DNA from: Styela clava
Lineage: Eukaryota
Reading direction: 5' to 3'
NCBI RefSeq assembly: GCF_964204865.1
Contig: NC_135253.1
Span: forward strand, 9,362,001-9,426,000
Length of the DNA stretch: 64,000 bases
Shown here one piece after another: positions 52,844-64,000 of the stretch. The notes beneath the pieces were generated by a model. The model was not told the origin of the DNA, searched no databases, and worked only from the letters and a program-made list of their open reading frames with translations. Within the stretch, counting starts at the first letter, position 1; each line of letters starts with the position of its first letter. The position numbers were made by a program, and so were the translations under genes.

Positions 52844-54250
52844 AATAAGAGCAATACATTTCTAAATTTACCATCTTCTTCGCGAATTCTATAAGTTTAA
52901 ATTAGAAGCTGACAATATAAAATACGATAATACAATGATACTTCAAAGCAATCAACACTATTGGTAAAAACTATTAACAACTGGCAGCAGAAGGCTGTAT
53001 ATAATTTGCCAGTAAGAGCAAGAATAGTAAAATATTTGAGTCAAACTAATATTGTCGATTTTGGCAGACCTATTGTTAGCGAGTATCGTGACCTTGCAAT
53101 TTGTGAACTGCTTTATAAATTTTGCGGTAAATGAAGCACTTTATATTAGCAGTTTCTGAGTACATTTAAAATTTTCAGACTTGTACAAATATTACTAACT
53201 ATTTTTCCATGCAAATATTGGAGTGCCTAACTGACGAGTAAAATTTCCCACGGCTTACAATCCAATCATCTCAACTATAAAACGCGATATAATGTTTAGA
53301 AACAATGCTACTAATACTGAAGACAACGAACACTATTACCTACAAATATAAAAACAAATTATTCTGTAGCCATATTGACTGCAAACTCAATCATACAATT
53401 ATGCACTAGATTTGTATACAAATAACATTTATCATAGTATTTTTGAATACTAATATATGTACAACTTAGTTCACCCGGTTTGTTTGTATCACTTTGTTTT
53501 AAAACAAACTGCCGCAAGGGAAAACTTTTTCGAACGTTAGGCTCCCTGGAGGCATAATTTACGTCTACCGACATTGCTACATCAAACTTAGGCAAGCGGA
53601 ACAATGACAAACATATCGTCATTTCTAAATACGGTCAAAGCGAACGAGCTTAGCACACAACCGAACACGCTTGCGAATGCGCGAAAACTTGTTATGACTA
53701 TCGAAGATGGAATTTCTAATTTCAATGTCGGCTTTAGAATAGAGTACGTTCCCATAAATTAGTCAGACTCGATAAAAGCCATGCGCGTGAAAATTAAATA
53801 CAAACGAACAATGCGAGATAAATTCAGTCTGTCTATCTCGATCATATCCAACGCCAATTTCTCACTGCGTACATCCAAAGTACTGTCAATTTGGCGGAGC
53901 TTTAATCCCATTCAGCTATTATTGTTTTCGAATGATTTGATTAGGAAGTGGAACCGCTTCTAAACCTTTTCGACTACGTAGTGTCTGTGGCCACCAAATT
54001 CCGATATCAAATAGATCTCGTCCCGTGCTGTGAAAATTGAACAAATAATGACTCCAAATAAATTTCCTATTCAACCTAAAAAATTGAATGGTGAATTACA
54101 AATGACGCAAAGTTGGATAATGAAAGAAGTAGGAAGTGACGATGGAATTCAGATGAATAAAACATTTGTAATTCACTTCCCTTGCTGTTTATATATTTTG
54201 TGATGAATAAATTTAGAAACGGCCGATTAGTACATTGATAGGACGTAAAG

Positions 54251-54557
54251 CAGTGGTTCTCAAACGGTGGGGCGCGCCCCATATGCGGGATGTAAACAAT
54301 TTATAAGAGGGCGGGAAGCTAATCAAAAATAAAAATATTTTTCAAGATTTGATCTTGCCCGCCTTAATTGGGATATTTACATTTCTTTATTGGTTATAGA
54401 TACTATTCCATGCACGTATTTTCAACTTTTTTTTTTATAAAACATACTTTTGCCTTACTATCGGTTGTTTGTAACTTATCGTTAGTTAGTTATTTTTGAG
54501 GTGGGCGAGAGACTTGACAACTTCTAAAAAGGGGGCGCGGCTTAAAAAGTTTGCGAA
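54251..54557. mobile_element. hAT-Charlie-like MITE, right end eroded
   Basis: CAGTGGTTCTCAAAC head, GGGCGCG subterminal motifs, flanks ACGTAAAG/ATGTAAAG. Confidence 0.65.
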
Positions 54558-55068
54558 TGTAAAGCCTAAGACATTTTTGCGTGTACGAAACTAGAATGTG
54601 TTTATGATATTTTCGCGTCGTATTCCGATGCATAGATGAATCAAAAGTGTATGATAGCCCAGATATGTATTTTCCAAAAGTATTCAGATCTCTCCAACTA
54701 TACGTGTGCCATTTCAAGCGCTATGTGAAGTCTGTATATGCACAAAATATGCCACTGGCTTATAATGAATCTGGAATGCATGAATCGCAATTGCAAATAT
54801 TTATCTGTCTCTTACTTACTACACTCGGTGGAGAAAAAATTCATCTTCCGACTCCGGCTCTCAACTTTCTAAAAACACCAAATTTTGACAATCAAACTTT
54901 TTTGGCTCCAGAGAAAATGTCGATGAAGACTTGATAACGACTGATAGAAGTTAGAAAATATAACACATCACATTGACTGTCGTAGTCCTGGATATTTTGG
55001 TCTACTGAAAGACTGGAGAAAACACTCGATTTCAACATTCGGCAATTTGAAAGATCAAAGACGCAGAT

Positions 55069-55250
55069 TGTGATCAAATATATGGCCACCTTCACACGTC
55101 TACTCTTATTATTACTCCCCGCCCTTTAACCTCTACTTCGGTATCTGACGTTATCTGTCCCTCATTACAGTGAATAAAAATAATATTCAAAACTTTTAGC
55201 CGAGTGGTCTGTGAGTTATTTTGTCAAATTCATGAACTTGACGGTAAACA
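55069..55250 (+). mobile_element. Possible solo LTR (BEL/Pao-like)
   Basis: TG...CA ends, internal AATAAA, 5-bp flanks CAGAT/CCGAT. Confidence 0.35.
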
Positions 55251-56524
55251 CCGATTGCAATACTGTCCACACTTAGCGAAGATCATAACAATTCACCCAC
55301 CTGGCTCACCATGTACACATATTTCTAACTATTCCATATTGACGTTATGCTTCTTTAGTTTGTCAAGGCCTCTGCTTCACATGTATTGTTTCTTAGCATA
55401 GTTCACAACTGGCTCAATAGAATGCAGTGAAGTGAACCGTGAATAACAAGCGCAAGCTTATAACACAGAGATGACGAATGAATCGTAAAATTACCCTAAT
55501 GGCGTCATATTCCGTAATAACAATACGGATCAGCTATCTCAAATGTCAGTCGAGCATGATCATCTATGGAACTAAATTCTCGACCATAGCTTTTGTATTT
55601 ATATGTATAGCCTACTGTATATATGTATGATTAGGAAGTAATTTCAAAATGAATATGGTCGGCAAATTCGGGATGTTACTGTCGCTGTCTATTTCTATGA
55701 CTTGATTCGCGGACAATTTTTCGATTTTCAGTATCCGTGCTCCAAAAATTTCAATGCTATTTTAAACCTGTAGCGATTTCGTCATGTGGTTTTTAAAAAG
55801 GTACAAATATAATACTATTATGGCGTATATAGGGAGTCATTTATATTTAACTTAGGCTATAATATTTCCTGTGCTATTTCATAACCATTTATTTCAAGGC
55901 GTTACATAGTCACCGAGTGTCAAAGCGGGGCCATGGGTTCACTCGTCACTTTGGGTTCACTCATCAAGCACAACATCATCGTCCTCAAAAACTGCATATT
56001 TTATTATTTTCATCAAATTTTATGAGATGTGCAAGTAATCAACGGATACATGTTTTGAATCAGTTAAATTAGAAAACCGTTTTTCAACTACGGGCTATTG
56101 TTGGAATATTTCTTTCCAACAAATAAGGCAAAATCCACGCATTTCCTGGTATTGGTTCAATCTTGTGTGACATGCGACGGTTGATGCATAGTAGCCTACT
56201 TAACGTTAAGAATACGTTTTTCGTGGCTCGTGGCTTGGTTTGGGCACATGCGAGACAATTGTGATTTGGTGCTGACTCCTGCTGAATGGTGACGTATCTG
56301 ATGACCCCCACTGCTTTCTCTACCATTAAATTTCATTTAGACTACCTCTAAAGATTGAAAGCTTTTTCCGTACTTGGACCAAATACCCAACGGAGAATTC
56401 GTGGTTTGTCCTATTGGTTATCCTATTAATTTTGAACTCCATCGGTAACTCTAAAATCCTAATTATCTTATAACACCTTTGGTGTTTCAATAGCTGGTGA
56501 TAACCGGTATAAGCTTAGTATAGT

Positions 56525-56850
56525 CTTGGTGGTGTGGCAAATCGTGCTTGGCATTCGGAATACGCCCACCCCTGCACCCCCTATTGCCCTGCGTGGGTTC
56601 GCAGGTCCGAATCCCGTGGCGGATAATTGTGTGCGAGAGGATTTGTTGACCGCCGCAGTGTGATTCGCGTAAGTGCTGGTCGTTTATGGCTTCCTATACC
56701 GCCAAGTCCATGCATCTGAAACAAATACATGGCTAACCAATCCCATACCCGACCTGGACTGGTGATCGGACGAGAGGCCGTGGTTCTACATGTGATTAAG
56801 CCGTTCTATCGGCTTTTTATCCCACGAGATAAATAGGTAAATCATATCCT
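56525..56850 (+). mobile_element. tRNA-like SINE family 1, near full-length
   Basis: A-box-like TGGCAAATCG, B-box-like GGTCCGAATCCC, body homologous to 18075-18335 and 45058-45205, ATCCT tail. Confidence 0.7.
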
Positions 56851-58924
56851 TATTTACACTTCTCGATCAGCATGCTTAGAAATGATTGAAGGTTTTTTTA
56901 CAAAGCTTGAACTGCCATTTATTTACTAAATTGTTTTGTGCATCCCACTTTGCTGTAAGAGCGCTCTCAACACGTACATTTCGTGTTTGGCTAAGTCTTT
57001 CGCACAACTGCTCCACTGAAAGGTACTTTGACTTATAACAACCCGTTTTCGAGAAAGCGAGAACAAGCTTTCCATCGAAGGACATACCGTAGTCGGGAAC
57101 TGCTGAATTACTGAGGCAGGGCTTTATTTATATTTTATTTTTATATTAATGTAATATTCTCTGGCATGGGCGGGTAGTCGGATAGTGTGAACGTGAAAGT
57201 AGTGTAGACGGTTATTTGTCTTTATACAGCGAGTTGGGAAATTCACAGTTTTAAGCTAGGATAAAAAAAAAGTCCGAACACTTCCGCCATTCTGTCATTC
57301 ATTCAACCATTTGTTCTCCCTTACCTGTCAGCATTCTGACAGACTGAATGCCTTATGTCTGACGCCTGGTTTTCATACCGTACGGTACTTTGTCTGTATG
57401 TACGGTACCCTACCGGTATCTTACTGTCAGACTGTGCCTTGATTCTTTCTGTTTTTGGCTTTAATTGTACCCAGGTTTTGGTAAAATGTTGCTAAAATTC
57501 AGAGGTACGGTACTGTAACATACGGTAGGTGCGGTATAATATAACCAGAGAAAATGACTAACTGAAGGACTTAGTCTAATAGGTACCGGTACCAGGTACA
57601 GAATACTGGAATATGGTGTGCTGTTTAAATTCGACGGTCATATACAAATAGCCTATACTTGAGCCCTTTTATCATATTCAGGCTTTTCTGTCCTTGGTTA
57701 CGGTACCAGGTTACGGGATAAATGAGAAATTCTTCATTCTATTCTGTACAAAATGACAAATTTTTATAATATACAGATATAATATTCAAAATTATATCCC
57801 GTAATCAAAAACTAACGATATTAACGAATCTCAAATAACCAATTTTGAATGTATTCAGTATTTGATATATGGGCTTCATAGGGCAAAGTTCTCCAATGTT
57901 TCAACATTTGGTTCAATAAAACAAACACTCTATTTATCTCTGAAACGAGGGCATCTGGTTCTGCAGCAGAAATGTTTTTTCTTTTGTAAATTGGATTATT
58001 TTTTTAAGAGGAATCCAATCCAATGGTGAAGTATATTGCACAGTCTGTCAGTGCCGATTTGTTCTGATATGGAGGCTCAGACTATCTCGTGGAGCAGGGT
58101 TTTATACTCACCGTTATACTTGATATATTTCAATGTTGGGCTATTCTTTGAATCGAAGGACCCATGTTGTATTGCAATCCAGTATACAGAAGAATAACTT
58201 CCCCTATCCGCCCATATCGGTACCTTTAGCTGTATAGTTACATGGTATCTTGTTGTCCCCTTGCACCTTTTGGGTTTTGTTTGGGGAACATTATATTATA
58301 GATCAGTAGATATATACCTATATAAAATAGCCTCGAGAACGACTTTTTTCTAATCATATGAATATGCACATAAGCTAGAAGATTTGTTGTACTTTGAGTT
58401 GAATCTTGATTATTTAGCCAGCTTATTTTCAATCACATACAGGCATATTGTAGTGTGGTAGTGTATTACTTTACACTTAAATTTTTGCGCTTTTATAGTT
58501 TAATTGTGGTAACTAATATCAAGAAAGAATATCTTCATCTACCTTCTGTTTACAACTGTTGTTCAAGACTGGCTTCAAATTTAAGATTCGCAGGATGTGA
58601 TGTCTCACTTACTCATTTGAATTATGTTTTGTGACAGATTTTGAATAAATTGATGTGGACGGCTATATGCAGAATAGCTGGCCTTGGTTTAGTGGAAATA
58701 ATAACTTATATCCAAAACTCTATTGGTTTTCTTTCTAAATATTGTGCAAAATAATATAATAAGTGGTAGAATGCTATAAATATTGAAATAGGTGTTGTGT
58801 AATTTTCCTTTCTTCAAATTTAGGTATGCACAATTTGTTTGCAAAAAACTTTTTCTATGTCGATGCGTTTTACAACACATATTACTGTATTACAAGGTGT
58901 AAAATGCCATTCATTTTAACTACA

Positions 58925-59310
58925 GGAGTGGTGACTCCTCTACGGCCCATGGGCCGGGGCCACGGCCCATCTAGTTGGGCCACATGGGCCGTGGCCCATA
59001 GCTTGATGGGCCGCGGCCCCATCAGGAAAAATTCAATTATCTTAACAAAATTTTCAATTTTTACCAAACTGTCAATATTCGAACCAAAAAATTATACTCC
59101 TGTAGTATGTGTAACAGGTTAGAGTTAGGACAAAAAAAAATCAGATTTTTTACATTATAGTTCTATTATGAGTTCGGGGACTGTCTGTGTTAGCCAAGTG
59201 AATAGTTTCTTTACACAACTTGATGGGCCGCGGCCCATAGCCTGATGGGCCGAGGCCCAATTCGATGGGCCGTGGCCCCGTCCCATGGGCCGCAGAGGAG
59301 TCACCACTCC
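58925..59310. mobile_element. Foldback-like MITE built of ATGGGCCGCGGCCCAT palindromes, enclosing a family-B segment
   Basis: TIR GGAGTGGTGACTCCTCT/AGAGGAGTCACCACTCC, extending imperfectly for about 90 bp; family-B sequence at 59095-59223. Confidence 0.85.
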
Positions 59311-59464
59311 CACTCCATTTTAATCACATTATTGGAATAACTCAGTATCATATTAGCGCTTGTCATGAAAAATTCAAATCTTTTTGTCAGGTAACCTAGC
59401 TGATAAGCATACATGTATCTAAACAACTGGCATACATAAACTAATTCTGACATTGGCAGAGATC

Positions 59465-59644
59465 ATGCCATCAAAAAAGAAGCGGGGAGGAGGGGGTGGG
59501 TTGTTCTGTGGCTGTTTTGGAGTAAGAGATGAGCCACCAGAAATACAACTTGAAATAGGAAATGCAGATATAAGATCAACCGTGGATCCTACTTTGCCAA
59601 TGCCTCCTGTTTCTGAGCTCAATGCCAAGTTCACAGAGCTTGTG
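59465..59644 (+). CDS. DAAM: DAAM coding exon 1
   Basis: ATG at 59465, donor GTG|gtaaga; probable acceptor tttttgtcag ending at 59390. Confidence 0.92.
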
Positions 59645-61915
59645 GTAAGAAAAATCGCTTTCTTAAATGATCTTTTGTTTTATTCTTACTTTTATGAGTC
59701 TGGTAATTTGGTACATCTTAGATCCTAGTAAAAAAAATTAAAAATTTGGTATCTTGGCTTGTGATTTCTCAATATTGACAAGATATGTGTTCAACTTATT
59801 TTTTTGCCCTCTGTCATAATAATTTCCATATATTCTAGGCATTGTCTGAAACAAAATGAATCAAACTATTACTTCAGTAATTAAATGGCTTTATTATAGT
59901 AACTCGCCAAAAGAGTTTATTAATAATCTTTGTGTAAGGGGGAATGTGCAGCTGTTGGGGAATAAAAAAGAGAATTGCATAGGCCCAACAGGCTTTGCTC
60001 AAAATTAATTAGAAGAAGGCCTGACTACTGTTTACTTGATGGTTTTATCAAGATGGATTTCTATTTTTTTTGATAATTGCTTTAAAGTCATCTTGGTATT
60101 TCGCTTAATAAACAGTGTGTAATTAGCATTCTTTGCGGTCAATAAGTCACTCACTTACATGTGGATTCCATTAAATATTCATCAAATGACCTACTTTGCT
60201 TGATCTTTCTACTAAGTTAATTTCATACAATATGTGTTGTAATTGATTAAATTACTATGATTCGCTTATTGCTTAACAATACTAATGAAGGCTTTTATAT
60301 GATTTTTAGAATCATTCAGACATACATTACTTTGTACAATGCCAAATTAAATAAGGTGTCTGGGATTATGCAATGTAAAATCATTATTAAATAAAGTAGT
60401 TGAATACTGAAACTGCTTTGTGCTTATTTATTGTGTATCTTTGAATTTTTTTAGTCTAAATTCTGAAGATCATGTATAGTGCTTGGTTCGGCTGTATCTT
60501 TTATTTTAAATTAGTCAAAATATAGTACACATATCTCCAGTGTTTCCCATCAGTATAAGTCTATAAGATATATTTTACTCCCAATAAAAATTTGGTATAT
60601 TGAAACTGGAACATCTTATATGGAATACAGAATCATTTTCTTGTATATCTGTGCAGGATTGTAAATTCATTGAAGATGTTGAACAAGCATGTAAAATATA
60701 TATGATAAGCAATGCTTATCACCATAAACCTTCTTTCGATTAGAAATGAATGGATATTAGAATTCTTCATACATATATGATCGAGTCAATCACAGTATCT
60801 ATTTAACCCAAACAGAGAAACTTGAAAAAGCTCTTTTGAGATTATGACAAAAACATATGTTTTGGATTTTTGGACTGTAACCTTTTATTGAAACACTTTG
60901 GTGAATATTTCTTCAAATTACGGTTAGTAGCTTCAATAGCATTTTTTCCATCCATCAAATATAACAAACTGTCATCTGGTGAATTTCATATTAAACACAA
61001 TACTGCTCCCTAATTGTTGCATTGTTGAGCACGAATGATTTTCAAAATGAATTGAATTGAATGGTCCACTAAGATTGGCATGAGTATCATTTTTTAAAAT
61101 ACTATATTTTTCATCATTAATGTCATCTGCAGTTGGTAGCTGTAGTAATTTATTACTGTATTTAAACCGGTTTATTCAAGTCTTATTTCTTACTTTTGTA
61201 TACCATATTCTATTAGCTATCTGTGGTAGGCTATTCAATTTTAATCTGTTTTACAGGAAGAACTTGATCTTCCACCTCAACGTCGCCAGGCAATGTTCAA
61301 TATGTCACCCGAGAAGAAATGGCAAATATACTGCAGTAAAAAGAGGGTAAGAGTTTTTACGTGTCAGTACGTGCTTTTCCAAAGGGAATTTCGATTTTGG
61401 TATAGGTGTGGCATGTGCGTTTTAAATTGAAGTGTCGTGCAGTCTTTATATTTCTAATCTGTAAAATAGGTCTAATGATTTGATTTGAATTCTTCTGATT
61501 CTTTTCAATTCTATATTTGATTTTGTTGTAACTGGGTGTGGCCCTTCATGACGCAGCAATGTTTTTTCTTGAATTTCAGTATTTTGAGTGGATTCACAAT
61601 TCATTAGGTCAAATTTTTGTTTGTAGTCCATAACATCATACACAAAGTAAGTATAAAAAGGGGCAAATTTCACAGATCGAATAGCAAACTCCTATTTAAT
61701 ACTACCACCTTAAAATTATTTAGGCATTTCTAGTTCATTCTCCTTAGTCCTACTAATATTCTTATCAATATGCCATGCCTTTGATGGAACAGTTAAGCAG
61801 GATGTACTCATTAGTTTTAAATTAAATTCTTTATATTTATCAGGAGCAAGAAGATCCACAACTTGCAACAAGTTGGCCAGATTACTACATCGATCGTTTG
61901 AACTCCATGAGTTCG
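59465..61915 (+). CDS. DAAM: DAAM formin (Dishevelled-associated activator of morphogenesis), N-terminal GBD region, partial; join(59465..59644,61257..61346,61844..61915), continues beyond window
   Basis: Translation [18 protein letters not shown]...[19 protein letters not shown]|[30 protein letters not shown]|[24 protein letters not shown] closely matches the vertebrate DAAM1/2 N-terminus ([20 protein letters not shown], TSWPxxYID); all introns are phase 0 GT-AG. Confidence 0.95.
61257..61346 (+). CDS. DAAM: DAAM coding exon 2 (90 nt)
   Basis: ttttacag|GAA...AGG|gtaaga; [11 protein letters not shown]. Confidence 0.95.
61844..61915 (+). CDS. DAAM: DAAM coding exon 3 (72 nt)
   Basis: tttatcag|GAG...TCG|gtaagg; [15 protein letters not shown]. 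Confidence 0.95.
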
Positions 61916-64000
61916 GTAAGGCAGATGATTTAAATATTACCGTAAACTTTATTAATCTTATTTTGAATCATTGTCAAATTTATTAACTTTTCCAAAGCAA
62001 GCACTTACTGGAATATTAGGTACAAAAACAATGGATTTCTAGCTTGAATAAAATTCAGATCTCAAGTAAAGGTTCTAAAAAGACAGATGATAAAGATTAC
62101 ACTTTTGATCTGGATAAATTTTGTGAATTTGGATAAATTCTATTTTGTCACAAAAAACTTCATATGATTTGGGTGAACAAGCCAGAACATTTTACAAATA
62201 CATACTATCTACTCAGCATATTAAAATAGTGAGTAAGCATGTGCGCTGTACGTTATTGAATTTCTAGATTGCGTATATTTTTGCGTTTTTATTTTTCTAA
62301 GCTTACACAAAGCAAAGTTAATTCATACGAATGCATGTATTCTTGGCATAAGTCTGAGAACTAAACTATTTTGTCAATTTTCAAACATTTCGATCAATTT
62401 CACACCAAATTATAAAATGCCTGGAATTCTTTTTCACTCAATTATCTTTCAATAAATAATTACAGCAATGTATAATTGCAATTTTACGCCTATCGATTAT
62501 TTTTATATTTGAAGCATTTCATCGAATTTGCTGAAAAAATTTGTTGTTAATACTGTGAGTCTGTGACAATTACTTGTTCAGAAAAATAGCCAGTATATTT
62601 TATGAGCAACTTATAGAATATAATTAGCTGTTATTTATGATAGTGTTGGTAGCCAATAATAATTGACATTTTTATGTTGTTCAAATGATTAGGAACTATA
62701 AATAATATTGTTATGAACCCAAGTAAAGGGTTATTAACAGAGTTAAGATATCTTGCTTGTTCTATAAGCTTCATGAATGTAAGTTAAATATATCAAACTT
62801 ATTTAGAGAGGTATGCTTGCGTAAAATAAAAACGGACGAAACTCTGTGATATGGTACTAACGCCAGATTCATATGATTCTGAATTTTATTACATGGGCAT
62901 ATCTATCATAGATCATAATTTTGTTTAAAAAAGTGTCAAATTTTTGAGAAAGATGTAATTTTTTATCTAAACCCCTAAAAAACACCCTTTTCGAAAACTC
63001 TTAATGTCTTAAATAATACCTAGTAATTGTTAGATATAACTGGAGTTCTCATAATTCATAACCCTCACCTATACATATGGAATATTTGGTGTCACTGAAA
63101 TATCATTCATGGTATAGTAATTAAAAGTCATTACGGTAATGGACATTCCCACATGACTAGATATACAGACCAATACATGCTTCGATAAGCTTAAAAACTA
63201 TATATAACATTATTTATGAAACACATACTTTTATAAAATCGATATAACTATATAAATTTCCTAGGGATTTTTAACACATTAATTCAAAAATGTTTAAATA
63301 TACTCTGCTTTCAAAAAAGTAGTTCTGTAAAGTTCACGACCGGAAGTTCGATTTGGTTTCTGTGCTATTTGTTATGTTCTATTTTTAGGCCTAAAAAAAT
63401 TGCCACTGCTCTCATGTCATTACATCATTTTTTGATAGTACGTGTGAAAAAGGTGTTATGTGTCGTCGGAAGTGATTGATCTTCAAATAAGCGAGTTTAG
63501 GCATAGAAGGTTAAAATGATTTGCATTGTTTTCTGACATTTCCGCAAGTAAAGGTCATTTCATTTGGCAAGTTGGCAAAGTGCAAAAGCCGCACCCTGAA
63601 AAAATGGCTGTATGCAAACGCTATAACCGAATGCAAATATATTTTGTATCGGTCGTTTTCATCAAGTCATCAAGAAAGGATGTACGGTAATAAATTGGAT
63701 AGATTATAATACTGAACCGTAAAGATTCGTGAACCCCAGTAGCTAACTGTATGTCAGTGGCCGCTTATCTAGGATTTTGTTCAGAGCACATGTGTAAAAC
63801 ACCTCCTAATAATATAATTTGCCCAGTCCAAAAGCTAATGCTGGATTAGGGACCTGCTAGTCATCTGTATTGAAAAATGTTTTGGAATAGAAAAATGTTT
63901 TTGCAATTAACAAAAATATATGAGCAATATACTTTTGTTGCACAAAAATTCTTTGGCTCTTCCAACTTTCTTATGCAAGGGAAAAACTGCAAGAAAAACG

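Noticed and set aside
56525-56625. tRNA gene candidate
   Set aside because: A/B-box-like motifs are present, but there is no cloverleaf and it is attached to a repeated SINE body.
58940-59020. CRISPR-like or telomere array
   Set aside because: Eukaryotic context, no unique regularly sized spacers; TTAGGG motifs elsewhere are only 1-2 units inside MITEs.
58826-59122. ORFs on both strands in a GC-rich island
   Set aside because: Artefact of the stop-poor palindromic transposon arms.

Overview
AT-rich eukaryotic (invertebrate, probably ascidian/tunicate-like; inference) genomic DNA. Most ORF-track entries are noise; the real genes are spliced. Three genes can be assembled with GT-AG junctions whose phases all match. 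(1) A 5-exon class A GPCR on + (13853-37267, 482 aa) most similar to galanin/allatostatin-A-type receptors, with MRF in place of the DRY motif. (2) A 9-exon uncharacterised type II single-pass membrane protein on - (52843-44468, 537 aa) with a long Tyr-motif-bearing cytoplasmic tail, a coiled-coil stalk and a 6-Cys C-terminal domain ending IHYWQCP. (3) The first three coding exons of a DAAM formin on + (59465-61915), continuing beyond the window. Introns and intergenic DNA hold many non-autonomous elements: hAT-type MITEs with 8-bp TSDs, a Tc1/mariner-type MITE, GG...CC MITEs carrying telomere-like GGTTAG motifs, tRNA-like SINEs, a HINE-like repeat, a possible solo LTR and a recent 232-bp tandem duplication. 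No rRNA, true tRNA, CRISPR or intact transposase was seen.
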